Below, in pieces: positions 8,314 to 16,398 of a DNA stretch of 64,000 bases. Made by a program: the position numbers and the translations under genes. The notes under the pieces are model-generated. The model was not told the DNA's origin, made no database searches, and worked only from the letters and a program-made list of their open reading frames with translations. Each line of letters begins with the position of its first letter. Positions within the stretch are counted from its first letter, which is position 1. Source of the DNA: an uncultured Bacilli bacterium (lineage in GTDB: Bacteria > Bacillota_I > Bacilli_A > RF39 > UBA660); NCBI GenBank assembly GCA_934086815.1, contig CAKOIM010000001.1, positions 14,366 through 78,365 on the forward strand. Direction: 5' to 3'.

Positions 8314-9777
8314 ATGAAAAGAAAGATATTATCTTTAATGTTAGTGGGTGTGTTATGGTTTGGTTTTCTAAGCTCTGCAAAAGCAGATGAATATAGTGAA
8401 ACATTTAACAAAGTGTTTCCAAATGGCAAGTATTATACAAATAGTGTCGAGGTGAAAGATGAAAGTGATTTAGACGTTTTGGTTTACGGAAGAATATATA
8501 ATACGATATTTCCAAAATTAAATATGGATGATTATGGTGTCATGATAGATAATTGTAATTCTAATTATACTTTGTGTGATGTTGAATTAACTAAAACAGC
8601 TAATAATGCCATTGTATTTCGTGAAAAACATCAAGTAGAATTTATTTATTCATTTAAACAAAATGTTGCAGATGAAATTAATAAATATCTTGAAATTGCT
8701 AAAAAAGGAGCTAATTCATCGCAAGACTTTGCCAAGTTTTATATACTTGAAGATATAGATTTAATTAATTATTATTCAAGTTTAAAAAGTGAAGAACAAA
8801 TAATAGATTTTAATAACACTATTAATTATGTTTCTAGTTTGAAAAAAGAATTTAATAATTCTAATATAACATACACCATGGATAATAGAGCCGGAGATAT
8901 TATGCCTATGCAATCCCTTGCTTTTGGGTATTTTGTAGCATATTATGATAATGTTATTTATGGTTATGTTGATGGAATAGGGGTTAAGAAAAAACATATT
9001 ATTTATATTCCAAGTAATACAGAAAATACTAAAGATGCTTATATAAAAGCAGCCAAAGAAAGACTAGAAAAATATTTAGGTAATGATGTAAATATTACTG
9101 CTTTAAATAAAAGAAGTGATTATGATTTTAGTGAGTATTTAGCGTATAATCCAAATTATCAATATGATTGGAATACATTAGGTGATGAAAATCTAATGGG
9201 AGATTATTACTATAATGTTAAAATAAATAATATGAATTATGAATTTGTTATTATAAGAGATTCTAGTAAAGTAAAGGATTTTGAATATTTATCAAGAGAT
9301 TTAAATACAAATATAACTGTATCATCTAAAAGTATGATACCATTAGATACTTTAATAAATGCTAAAAGTATAGAAGATAATAAATTTTATCAAGATAAGT
9401 TAAATAAAAATAATTTATATACATTTGATATCAAATTAAATTCTAAATCAAGTAATCAAAGTATTATTAAGCTTGATAACGGAAAATTTTTAGTAGGTGT
9501 TCCAATTCCACAAAATTTATTAAATAAAGAATTAATTGTTCAATATATTAATGAAGATGGAAGTTTCGAAAATCATAATGTAAAAATAGAAGGCAATATG
9601 GCTTATTTTGAAACAGACCATTTTAGTACATACTCTTTAGGCGAATTAAATAATACTAGTATAGAAAATCCTAAGACTGGTGATAAAATATATAACTACG
9701 TATTTCTTGCCGGTGCCTCTTTAATAGGGACTTTAGCATTAATAGTTTATATAAGAAAAACAAATAAAAAAATATAG
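8314..9777 (+). CDS. secreted cell-wall-anchored surface protein (NPKTG sorting-signal variant)
   Basis: AGGAGG SD and an N-terminal signal peptide (MKRKILSLMLVGVLWFGFLSSAKA). The C-terminus has NPKTGD, a hydrophobic helix and an RKTNKKI tail. Confidence 0.7.
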   Translation: MKRKILSLMLVGVLWFGFLSSAKADEYSETFNKVFPNGKYYTNSVEVKDESDLDVLVYGRIYNTIFPKLNMDDYGVMIDNCNSNYTLCDVELTKTANNAIVFREKHQVEFIYSFKQNVADEINKYLEIAKKGANSSQDFAKFYILEDIDLINYYSSLKSEEQIIDFNNTINYVSSLKKEFNNSNITYTMDNRAGDIMPMQSLAFGYFVAYYDNVIYGYVDGIGVKKKHIIYIPSNTENTKDAYIKAAKERLEKYLGNDVNITALNKRSDYDFSEYLAYNPNYQYDWNTLGDENLMGDYYYNVKINNMNYEFVIIRDSSKVKDFEYLSRDLNTNITVSSKSMIPLDTLINAKSIEDNKFYQDKLNKNNLYTFDIKLNSKSSNQSIIKLDNGKFLVGVPIPQNLLNKELIVQYINEDGSFENHNVKIEGNMAYFETDHFSTYSLGELNNTSIENPKTGDKIYNYVFLAGASLIGTLALIVYIRKTNKKI

Positions 9778-9836
9778 TACTTGTAAATGCTTTGAAAATT
9801 TGATAGAATAAAAAAGTAGACTAGGAGGAATCACAA

Positions 9837-10250
9837 ATGGGATTTAACTTAAAACAAATTTTTAAAGATGATGATGAAGATATATTAAATGGTACGGAAG
9901 ATGGATACTATAATTTAAGTGAAGAAGAAGCAATAAAAGAAGCTGATAAAACTGGTAATAAAATGATTTTATTAGAACCTCGGGCTTATTCTGAAGCACA
10001 ACAAATAGCTGAACACCTAAAAAATAGAAATAGTGTAGTAGTTAATTTAAAAAGGGTAACATCTGATCAAGCTAAAAGAATCATTGACTTTCTAAGTGGA
10101 GTTGTATATGCTATTGGTGGTTCAATGCAAAAAATAGGCGTGGGAATATATCTTGTTGCTCCGAAGAATGTTAATGTTCAAGGAAAAATAAGTGATGATA
10201 ATGAAAAAACTAATAATAAACGCAATGCAGATGAAGAGTTAGATTGGTAA
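9837..10250 (+). CDS. sepF: cell division protein SepF
   Basis: The DUF552 core reads LLEPRAYSEAQQIAEHLKNRNSVVVNL..DQAKRIIDFLSGVVYAIGG. AGGAGG SD. Confidence 0.9.
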   Translation: MGFNLKQIFKDDDEDILNGTEDGYYNLSEEEAIKEADKTGNKMILLEPRAYSEAQQIAEHLKNRNSVVVNLKRVTSDQAKRIIDFLSGVVYAIGGSMQKIGVGIYLVAPKNVNVQGKISDDNEKTNNKRNADEELDW

Positions 10251-10267
10251 TTTTGTGAGGTGGCCTT

Positions 10268-10696
10268 ATGATAAATAAATTTAATACTAGTATTCAAGGC
10301 TATAAAAAAGAAGAAGTAAATGAGTTTGTTAAGGAAGTAACAAATGAGTATGAGAATATGTTGCATAAACTTAAAAATAGCTGTGAAATGATTGAAACTT
10401 TAAAAAATGAATTGAAACATTATAAAAGTATAGAAGCGACTTTGAATCGTGCAATTTTAGTAGCTGAAGAATCGACAAGTAATATAAAAAAAGCAGCTTA
10501 TGATGAATCAAAAGTAATAATAGAAGATGCCAAAAGAAATGCTACCAAGGTTATAAATAATGCCCTTCAAAAAGCTGAAAGAATTGAATCTGATGCTGAA
10601 AGTTTAAGAAGAAAAATAACCATATACAAAAGAAGGTTTAGAGATTTAGTAGAACAACAATTAGATGAAATAGAACAATTTGATGATAGATTATAA
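10268..10696 (+). CDS. divIVA: DivIVA-domain cell division protein
   Basis: N-terminal F..SIQGYKKEEVNEFV followed by coiled coil. It follows sepF. Confidence 0.8.
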   Translation: MINKFNTSIQGYKKEEVNEFVKEVTNEYENMLHKLKNSCEMIETLKNELKHYKSIEATLNRAILVAEESTSNIKKAAYDESKVIIEDAKRNATKVINNALQKAERIESDAESLRRKITIYKRRFRDLVEQQLDEIEQFDDRL

Positions 10697-10713
10697 TCTA
10701 TCATCAGACTGTT

Positions 10714-10748
10714 GACAAATAAGTAGAAATTTTACTTATTTGTCTTTT
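10714..10748 (+). terminator. intrinsic terminator after divIVA
   Basis: 12-bp stem gacaaataagta/tacttatttgtc with a 7-nt loop, then tttt. Confidence 0.7.
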
Positions 10749-10888
10749 ATTTTATCTAAAAATAACATATGATTATGAGTTTATCTAATAAAGATTTTAA
10801 CGGTTTATTTGGTTATATTTTTTTAAAAACGATTTTGAAAAAATCAGTCATCGAATATAACATTTATCATTTAAATTTCTGTACTTGA

Positions 10889-10912
10889 TAAAAAAAATAC
10901 CACGAGGGTATT
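10889..10912 (-). terminator. intrinsic terminator for 10911..11204 (minus strand)
   Basis: Stem aatacc/ggtatt with loop acgag. An A-run on the + strand gives a T-run on the - strand. Confidence 0.5.
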
Positions 10913-11204
10913 ACTTTTTTACAATAAAATTATTAATATTTTCTAAATAAATTTTGTATCTTCCTATTAAGAAAATAATTGCCATTACAAATAAAGATAT
11001 ACCATAAATATAATTATAGAATGCATCATCATTTATAATAGCACTTATAACTATATAGATTGCAAACATAGTAAGTAATATACTATATAAAAATAGGCGG
11101 TCAAATCTTTTTTTTAAGTTTTTACCATTGTCAGTTTGATAAAAATCATTTTTAGCTTTTTGTTTTTCTTCCTTTGTTAATGTTTGATACTTATATTTTT
11201 TCAT
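10911..11204 (-). CDS. hypothetical small membrane protein
   Basis: 97 aa with two predicted TM helices (LFLYSILLTMFAIYIVISAII and ISLFVMAIIFLIG). I recognised no motif. Confidence 0.5.
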   Translation of the reverse strand: MKKYKYQTLTKEEKQKAKNDFYQTDNGKNLKKRFDRLFLYSILLTMFAIYIVISAIINDDAFYNYIYGISLFVMAIIFLIGRYKIYLENINNFIVKK

Positions 11205-11299
11205 TATGAATCACCAAAAAAATTATATCATATAAAGTAAAATAGTACTAGAAAAATGTCGAATTTTTGATATAATAAATTTAGACTAGGAGTGGTATT

Positions 11300-11920
11300 T
11301 TGAAAAAGTTATTAATTATTTTTGTAATTATTTTGGTAATTGGGGGATCGTATTTTGGATATAAAACATTTAATTCTAAAAAAAGTGCCTCAGCTATTGC
11401 GGAAATAAAAAAGGGCTGGTATATTGAAGTTAAAAATGAAACAGTAAAAATTAGAAAAGAAGCTGATAGAAATAGTGCTATATTAAGTGAAGCTAAAAAG
11501 GGCGAAGTATATAAAGTTGATGAAATGACTGGAAAAAATAATCATTGGTATCACATAGAATATGAAAAAGGTAAATATGGATGGATTGCTAATCCTAAAA
11601 ATAGTAATTATTTATTAGATGTAAATAATCCGGAAGATATTGCTAGTCCTACGATTAAATTTAATGAAAAAACTTACTTTGTAGATTCTATTGATAAAAT
11701 AAATTATGATCAAATAACAGTAACTGACGATAAACCTGGGGTAAAAGTTGAACATCAAGTTTATCATGAAGTAAATAATTTAGATAATAAAGATCAATAT
11801 TGGATACTTTATACCGCTACTGATGCAGTTGGTAAAAAAACTACTAAACTTCAAAAAATTGAATTTAATAAAAAGCCTGCTGAAAGTGAAGTTTTAGATT
11901 TTTCTAAACTAAACAGATAA
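11300..11920 (+). CDS. membrane-anchored SH3b-domain protein
   Basis: TTG start after AGGAG and an N-terminal TM helix. The SH3_3-like segment reads VKIRKEADRNSAILSEAKKGEVYKVDE...WYHIEYEKGKYGWI. The C-terminus has an Ig-like repeat pattern. Confidence 0.6.
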   Translation: MKKLLIIFVIILVIGGSYFGYKTFNSKKSASAIAEIKKGWYIEVKNETVKIRKEADRNSAILSEAKKGEVYKVDEMTGKNNHWYHIEYEKGKYGWIANPKNSNYLLDVNNPEDIASPTIKFNEKTYFVDSIDKINYDQITVTDDKPGVKVEHQVYHEVNNLDNKDQYWILYTATDAVGKKTTKLQKIEFNKKPAESEVLDFSKLNR

Positions 11921-11935
11921 TTTTAAACAAATTAA

Positions 11936-11965
11936 AAGCCCGTAAAATCGGGCTTAATTTTCTTT
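11936..11965 (+). terminator. hairpin terminator between 11300..11920 and the convergent tRNA-Lys
   Basis: Stem aagcccg/cgggctt with loop taaaat, followed by aattttctttt. It could serve both strands. Confidence 0.5.
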
Positions 11966-12041
11966 TGGTGTCCTCTCAGGGATTCGAACCCTGGACCCAC
12001 TGATTAAGAGTCAGTTGCTCTACCAACTGAGCTAAGAAGAC
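11966..12041 (-). tRNA. tRNA-Lys (anticodon CUU), CCA encoded
   Basis: The reverse complement GTCTTCTTAGCTCAGTTGGTAGAGCAACTGACTCTTAATCAGTGGGTCCAGGGTTCGAATCCCTGAGAGGACACCA folds as a full cloverleaf. It has a 7-bp acceptor stem (one G-U pair), anticodon loop CTCTTAA and T-loop TTCGAAT. Confidence 0.9.
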
Positions 12042-12058
12042 ATTTTTTTGACAAATTG

Positions 12059-12087
12059 ATTATATCAAATTGCTGGAAATAATGCAA
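12059..12087 (-). promoter_or_regulatory. sigma-A-type promoter for tRNA-Lys (TTGCAT-17-TATAAT on the minus strand)
   Basis: The -10 is at 12059-12064 and the -35 at 12082-12087, both read on the minus strand. Confidence 0.5.
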
Positions 12088-12185
12088 GCTCTGTTTAATA
12101 AAAATTTTTAAATATAATAAATAAAGTTTAATAGCGTTATATTTTATATTGTGGTATACTAAGGTTAAATAAAGAGGTGAATGTT

Positions 12186-12620
12186 TTGAAAAAAGAAGAA
12201 ATGTTACATTTCTGTAACATTTATGCAATTAGCATAAGAAAGTTTATAAGAGAAAATTATTCCTTAATGGAAAACATTAGTGAAAATGAAATGGCAGGCA
12301 AAGGTAAATTAAAACATATTTATTTAAAAGAATTACCTTGTGTGGTAGGTGTTCCTTTACCTTTTGCTATTCGTAATAAAGAACTAGTGGCGAATGGAAC
12401 CTTATTAATAGTAAAAGATGATTATAAAATTAATCGTGCTTATTTAAATCCTCGTATTTTAACTGTTGATTATGAATTAAGTGGAAGTGCTGATGTGGAA
12501 AGATTAATTTATGGGTTGCATGGTGAAGAGGCTTTAGAAGAAGGAAATAGAATTCAAGAGCTTATTGATTATACCCATTGTGAAAGATTATTAAAGACTA
12601 AAACTAGGAGAAAATTATGA
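12186..12620 (+). CDS. hypothetical protein, translationally coupled to deoC
   Basis: The start is probably TTG 12186, 8 nt after AGAGG; the GTG at 12177 used by the track overlaps the SD. Its stop overlaps the deoC ATG (ATGA). I recognised no motif. Confidence 0.55.
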   Translation: MKKEEMLHFCNIYAISIRKFIRENYSLMENISENEMAGKGKLKHIYLKELPCVVGVPLPFAIRNKELVANGTLLIVKDDYKINRAYLNPRILTVDYELSGSADVERLIYGLHGEEALEEGNRIQELIDYTHCERLLKTKTRRKL

Positions 12621-13294
12621 AAATTGAAAAATATATAGATCATACAAATTTAAAAATGGAAGCAGGGAAACAAGATATTGTTAAACTATGTGAAGAAGCT
12701 AAAAAATATAATTTTAAAACAGTATGTGTTAATCCTTATTATGTTTCATTTGCTAAATCTTTATTAACTGATACTGAAGTTGAAGTATGTACTGTAATAG
12801 GATTTCCACTTGGTATGAATACAACTGCTTGTAAAGTATATGAAGCAAAAGATGCTATTAAAAATGGTGCTGATGAAATAGATATGGTTATAAATGTTGG
12901 GGCTCTAAAAGATAAAGAATATGATTATGTGAAAGAAGAAATTGTAAAAATAAAAGAAAGTATAGAAGATAAACTTTTAAAAGTAATTGTTGAAACATCT
13001 TTGCTTACTGAAGATGAAATAATAATGATGACAAAAATATGTAGCGAAGCTAAAGTTCATTTTATTAAGACAAATACTGGTTTTGGTAAAAGAGGTGTAA
13101 CTGTGGATGATGTTAAAATAATGAATGCTCATAAATCTAAATCTTTAGAAATAAAAGCTAGTGGAGGCATTAAAAATTACGAACAAGCTAAAGAGTTAAT
13201 AGATTATGGAGCAACAAGATTAGGCACAAGTAGTGGCGTTTTAATAGTAAAAGGGTCAAAATGTAATTGCGAAGAATGCAATTGTTCTAAATAA
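12617..13294 (+). CDS. deoC: deoxyribose-phosphate aldolase
   Basis: Contains IDHTNLK, VCVNP, TVIGFPLG, DMVINVGALK and FIKTNTGF (Schiff-base Lys). It has an unusual Cys-rich C-terminal tail, KCNCEECNCSK. Confidence 0.9.
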   Translation: MKIEKYIDHTNLKMEAGKQDIVKLCEEAKKYNFKTVCVNPYYVSFAKSLLTDTEVEVCTVIGFPLGMNTTACKVYEAKDAIKNGADEIDMVINVGALKDKEYDYVKEEIVKIKESIEDKLLKVIVETSLLTEDEIIMMTKICSEAKVHFIKTNTGFGKRGVTVDDVKIMNAHKSKSLEIKASGGIKNYEQAKELIDYGATRLGTSSGVLIVKGSKCNCEECNCSK

Positions 13295-13297
13295 GTC

Positions 13298-13326
13298 TTG
13301 ATTGTAAATGACATTTGTGTTACAAT
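13298..13326 (+). promoter_or_regulatory. sigma-A-type promoter for the thrS leader (TTGATT-17-TGtTACAAT)
   Basis: The -35 is at 13298-13303 and the -10 at 13321-13326, with an upstream TG. Confidence 0.5.
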
Positions 13327-13332
13327 CTATTT

Positions 13333-13527
13333 GTAAATCGATGAGGAAAGACAAGATTTCTAATATTAATTGCAAAGAGAATTAGTGGTAGGTGGAAACT
13401 AATGAATTGTATTAAAAGTTACTACTTTCTAAGAGGGTTAATAAACTCCGGCTAAAACCGTTATCATAATTAAGTTAAATAAAGGATGGTACCGTCATTA
13501 TGACTCCTTAAGTATCATTCTTTTTTT
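13333..13527 (+). promoter_or_regulatory. T-box riboswitch leader (Thr specifier candidates ACU ACU at 13421-13426) with terminator
   Basis: Stem I AGAGA ... GGTAGGTGGAAAC, the T-box sequence AAAGGATGGTACCGTC, and the terminator ggatggtac/gtatcattc (13484-13520) plus T7. The 3' half is closely similar to the ileS leader at 48028-48077. Confidence 0.8.
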
Positions 13528-13540
13528 ATTGGGAGGTATC

Positions 13541-13741
13541 ATGAGTGAAGATGAAAAAAGATGGCTACGATGCAATGCAGAAATAAGGGACGTCATTCTA
13601 GAGATTGCTTTTTTAAATTTGAAAGAAGCTAAAAAGCCCCAATTAAGGAGGCAATTACAAAAAAAACTTGATGCATTACGAGAAGAAGAAAAACAAATTT
13701 ATAAAAGAATATTACAAAGTGAAAACGAGGGAGGAAGATAA
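13541..13741 (+). CDS. small (66 aa) predicted helical protein encoded between the T-box terminator and thrS
   Basis: GGGAGG lies 5 nt before ATG 13541. Its stop TAA (13739-13741) is 1 nt before the thrS ATG. The sequence MSEDEKRWLRCNAEIRDVILEIAFLNLKEAKKPQLRRQLQKKLDALREEEKQIYKRILQSENEGGR matches no family I recognise. Confidence 0.45.
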   Translation: MSEDEKRWLRCNAEIRDVILEIAFLNLKEAKKPQLRRQLQKKLDALREEEKQIYKRILQSENEGGR

Positions 13742-13742
13742 T

Positions 13743-15497
13743 ATGATAAATATTAAAGAAGATGAAAAATTAAATGTTTTAAACCATTCATGTGCTCATT
13801 TAATGGCTAATGCTGTTAAAAAACTATATCCAAATGCAAAATTTTGGGTAGGCCCAGTAATAGAAGAAGGCTTTTATTATGACATTGATTTAGAAGGTGC
13901 TACAGTTACAGAAGAGGATTTAGTAAAAATTGAAAAAGAAATGAAAAAACTATCAAAAGATGGTAAAAGAATAATTAGAAAAGAAGTTACTAAAGAAGAA
14001 GCTTTAGAAATGTTTAAAGACGATCCATATAAAATTGATTTAATTAATAATATGGAAGATAATGCTGTAATTAGTTGTTACACACAAGGTGACTTTACTG
14101 ATCTTTGTCGTGGGCCACATGTTGAAACTACTAAAGAAATTAAGTATTTTAAATTACTTAAAGTAAGTGGTGCTTATTGGAAAAATGATGCTAATAATAA
14201 AGTACTGCAAAGAATATATGGTGTTTGTTTTGATTCAGAAGAAGCCTTAAATAATCATTTACAAGAATTAGAAGAAGCAAAACTTAGAGATCATAGAAAA
14301 ATTGGAAAAGATTTAGGTATCTTTATGTTTGCCGATTTAGTTGGAAAAGGGTTACCTTTATGGTTGCCTAATGGATTTATATTAAGACGTACTTTAGTAG
14401 ATTATATTACTGATAAGGAATTAAAACTTGGATATAAACATGTTATGACTCCATCTTTAGGAAATGTTGATTTATATAAAACTAGTGGACATTGGGATCA
14501 TTATAAAGAAGATATGTTTCCTGCAATGCAATTAGATGAAGAAGCATATGTCTTAAGACCAATGAATTGTCCTCATCATATGATGATTTATAAAAATTTC
14601 TTACATTCATATAGAGATTTACCATTAAGAATGGCTGAAGTAGCTAATGACTTTAGATATGAAGCAAGTGGTGCTTGTTGTGGTATTGAAAGAACTAGAG
14701 CATTTACGCAAAATGATTCTCATATTTTCTGTACACCTGAACAAATTGCTAGTGAAGTACAAGGAGTTATTGATTTAACACTTGATGTTTATAAAGATTT
14801 TGGATTTAAAGATTATAAATTCAGATTATCATTAAGAGATAAAAATAACACAGATAAATATTTTGGTAATGATGAGTTATGGGAAAAAAGTGAAAGTGCT
14901 TTAAGAGAAATTTTAAAAAATTCTAATTCAGAATATTATGAAGCTGAAGGCGAAGCAGCATTTTATGGACCTAAGATTGACGTTCAAGTTAAAAGTGCTA
15001 TCGGTCATGATGTTACACTTTCTACGGTTCAATTAGATTATCAATTACCGGAAAGATTTGAACTTGAATATATTGATGAAGCTGGTAAAAAAGAAAGACC
15101 AGTTGTTATTCATAGAGCTATTTTAGGTTCATTAGATAGATTTACAGCATTTTTACTTGAAGAAACTAAAGGATATTTACCAGTTTGGTTAGCACCTGTT
15201 CAAGTTAATATTATACCAGTTAATAATGAATATCATTTAGACTATGCTAAAGAAATATATAATTTACTAAGTAATAATAATATTAGAGTAAACTTAGATG
15301 ATAGAAATGAAAAATTATCTTATAAAATGCGTGAAAGCCAAATGAATAAGTATCCAATAAGTATTATTCTAGGGCAAAAAGAAGTTGATAATAAACAAAT
15401 AAGTTATCGTCTTAGCCAAAGTGAAGATACTATTACAGTTTCTAAAGATGAATTTATTAATTTTATAAATAAAAAAATAGAAAATAAAGAAAATTAG
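13743..15497 (+). CDS. thrS: threonine--tRNA ligase lacking the N-terminal TGS domain
   Basis: GGGAGG SD before ATG 13743. The protein starts about 10 aa before the editing-domain HSCAHLMA motif. Class II motifs are present (FRYE, GIERTRAFTQNDSHIF), as is the anticodon-binding domain. Confidence 0.95.
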   Translation: MINIKEDEKLNVLNHSCAHLMANAVKKLYPNAKFWVGPVIEEGFYYDIDLEGATVTEEDLVKIEKEMKKLSKDGKRIIRKEVTKEEALEMFKDDPYKIDLINNMEDNAVISCYTQGDFTDLCRGPHVETTKEIKYFKLLKVSGAYWKNDANNKVLQRIYGVCFDSEEALNNHLQELEEAKLRDHRKIGKDLGIFMFADLVGKGLPLWLPNGFILRRTLVDYITDKELKLGYKHVMTPSLGNVDLYKTSGHWDHYKEDMFPAMQLDEEAYVLRPMNCPHHMMIYKNFLHSYRDLPLRMAEVANDFRYEASGACCGIERTRAFTQNDSHIFCTPEQIASEVQGVIDLTLDVYKDFGFKDYKFRLSLRDKNNTDKYFGNDELWEKSESALREILKNSNSEYYEAEGEAAFYGPKIDVQVKSAIGHDVTLSTVQLDYQLPERFELEYIDEAGKKERPVVIHRAILGSLDRFTAFLLEETKGYLPVWLAPVQVNIIPVNNEYHLDYAKEIYNLLSNNNIRVNLDDRNEKLSYKMRESQMNKYPISIILGQKEVDNKQISYRLSQSEDTITVSKDEFINFINKKIENKEN

Positions 15498-15569
15498 AGA
15501 TTTCTCTAGTTTTTTTTAGACTTGAAATTAAATAATAAATATGTATAATAATTTCATGGAGTGATTTAA

Positions 15570-16205
15570 ATGGAATTTGAAAATAAGGATCTTTGTGCAA
15601 AATGTCAAGGAAAATGTTGTAAAAAATGTGGTTGTGATTATTTTATTAATGATTTTGTAGAAATAAATAAAAACAGTATTTTAAAAATATTAGAAACGAA
15701 TAACGTTTCCATTGTATCTGCTCTTAAGAGTGAATATTTACCCAATGGAAAAAAAGTATTAGAGCCATTTTTATATTTAAGAGCGAGAAATGTCGATCGA
15801 GGAGTAGTGGATTTATTATCATTAAAAAAACGTTGTTCACTTTTAACTGATACTGGTTGTCTTTATAGTTTAGAAAAACGTCCGAGCGGTGGGGTGAATT
15901 TAATTCCTGATGAAAATGGATGTTATCAATTAGTAAATCAAAAAGAAGCTATTTTAAAATGGGGACCATATCAAAATTTACTAAGTAAGATTGTAAAAAG
16001 ATTAACGGGAAAAACAGTTGTGGAAGTATTTGAAAATGATATTGAAAATATGCTTTATGAATTTATAAATAAAAAATTTGAAAATGTTTCGGAAACAGAA
16101 ATTGAAGAAGTAATTCCTCTTATTAAAGACTTAGCTAATCTTTATCCTCATCTTTTATATAATGCTAATATTAGATCTGGAAGAAAATTAAAATTAAAAA
16201 AATAA
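15570..16205 (+). CDS. YkgJ-family (CxxCxxCC) putative zinc/iron-chelating protein
   Basis: N-terminal CAKCQGKCCKKCGC cluster and a later C-rich segment (RCSLLTDTGCLY). Confidence 0.55.
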   Translation: MEFENKDLCAKCQGKCCKKCGCDYFINDFVEINKNSILKILETNNVSIVSALKSEYLPNGKKVLEPFLYLRARNVDRGVVDLLSLKKRCSLLTDTGCLYSLEKRPSGGVNLIPDENGCYQLVNQKEAILKWGPYQNLLSKIVKRLTGKTVVEVFENDIENMLYEFINKKFENVSETEIEEVIPLIKDLANLYPHLLYNANIRSGRKLKLKK

Positions 16206-16224
16206 TCAAAATCATAAAAAAGGT

Positions 16225-16253
16225 TTGACAAACATATAATATTAGTATAAAAT
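16225..16253 (+). promoter_or_regulatory. sigma-A-type promoter of the infC-rpmI-rplT operon (TTGACA-17-TAAAAT)
   Basis: TTGACA at 16225-16230 and TAAAAT at 16248-16253. Confidence 0.45.
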
Positions 16254-16259
16254 AAAATT

Positions 16260-16398
16260 GTTGTTGAAAAAGGAAAGAGATTTAGTATCCACCTGATTGC
16301 GAATAAGCAATAGGTATAATGCCGAATAAAATATTTTGTTTGTCATGTAATGGATACTATAAATGTATCCATTTTTTATAACATTGGAGGTGCTTACA
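16260..16398 (+). promoter_or_regulatory. probable L20-responsive leader of the infC operon
   Basis: An untranslated leader of about 140 nt that ends in an intrinsic terminator just before the infC SD. This is the arrangement known for Bacillus infC-rpmI-rplT attenuation. I did not verify the L20-mimic helices. Confidence 0.5.
16350..16377 (+). terminator. leader attenuator hairpin upstream of infC
   Basis: Stem atggatac/gtatccat with loop tataaat, then tttttt. Confidence 0.65.

Noticed and set aside
8782-8997. Minus-strand ORFs embedded in longer + strand genes. These are 8782..8997, 10178..10366, 18485..18721, 20612..20869, 27058..27303, 31438..31710, 38229..38489, 39417..39635, 45421..45621, 48917..49102, 49310..49546, 52677..52877 and 53452..53808.
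   Set aside because: Each lies fully inside a strongly supported gene on the opposite strand. None has an SD, and all have low-complexity or hydrophobic antisense-type composition.
12004-12228. A 74-aa minus-strand ORF overlaps tRNA-Lys and its promoter.
   Set aside because: It overlaps a confidently folded tRNA gene and an intergenic promoter region, and it has no SD.
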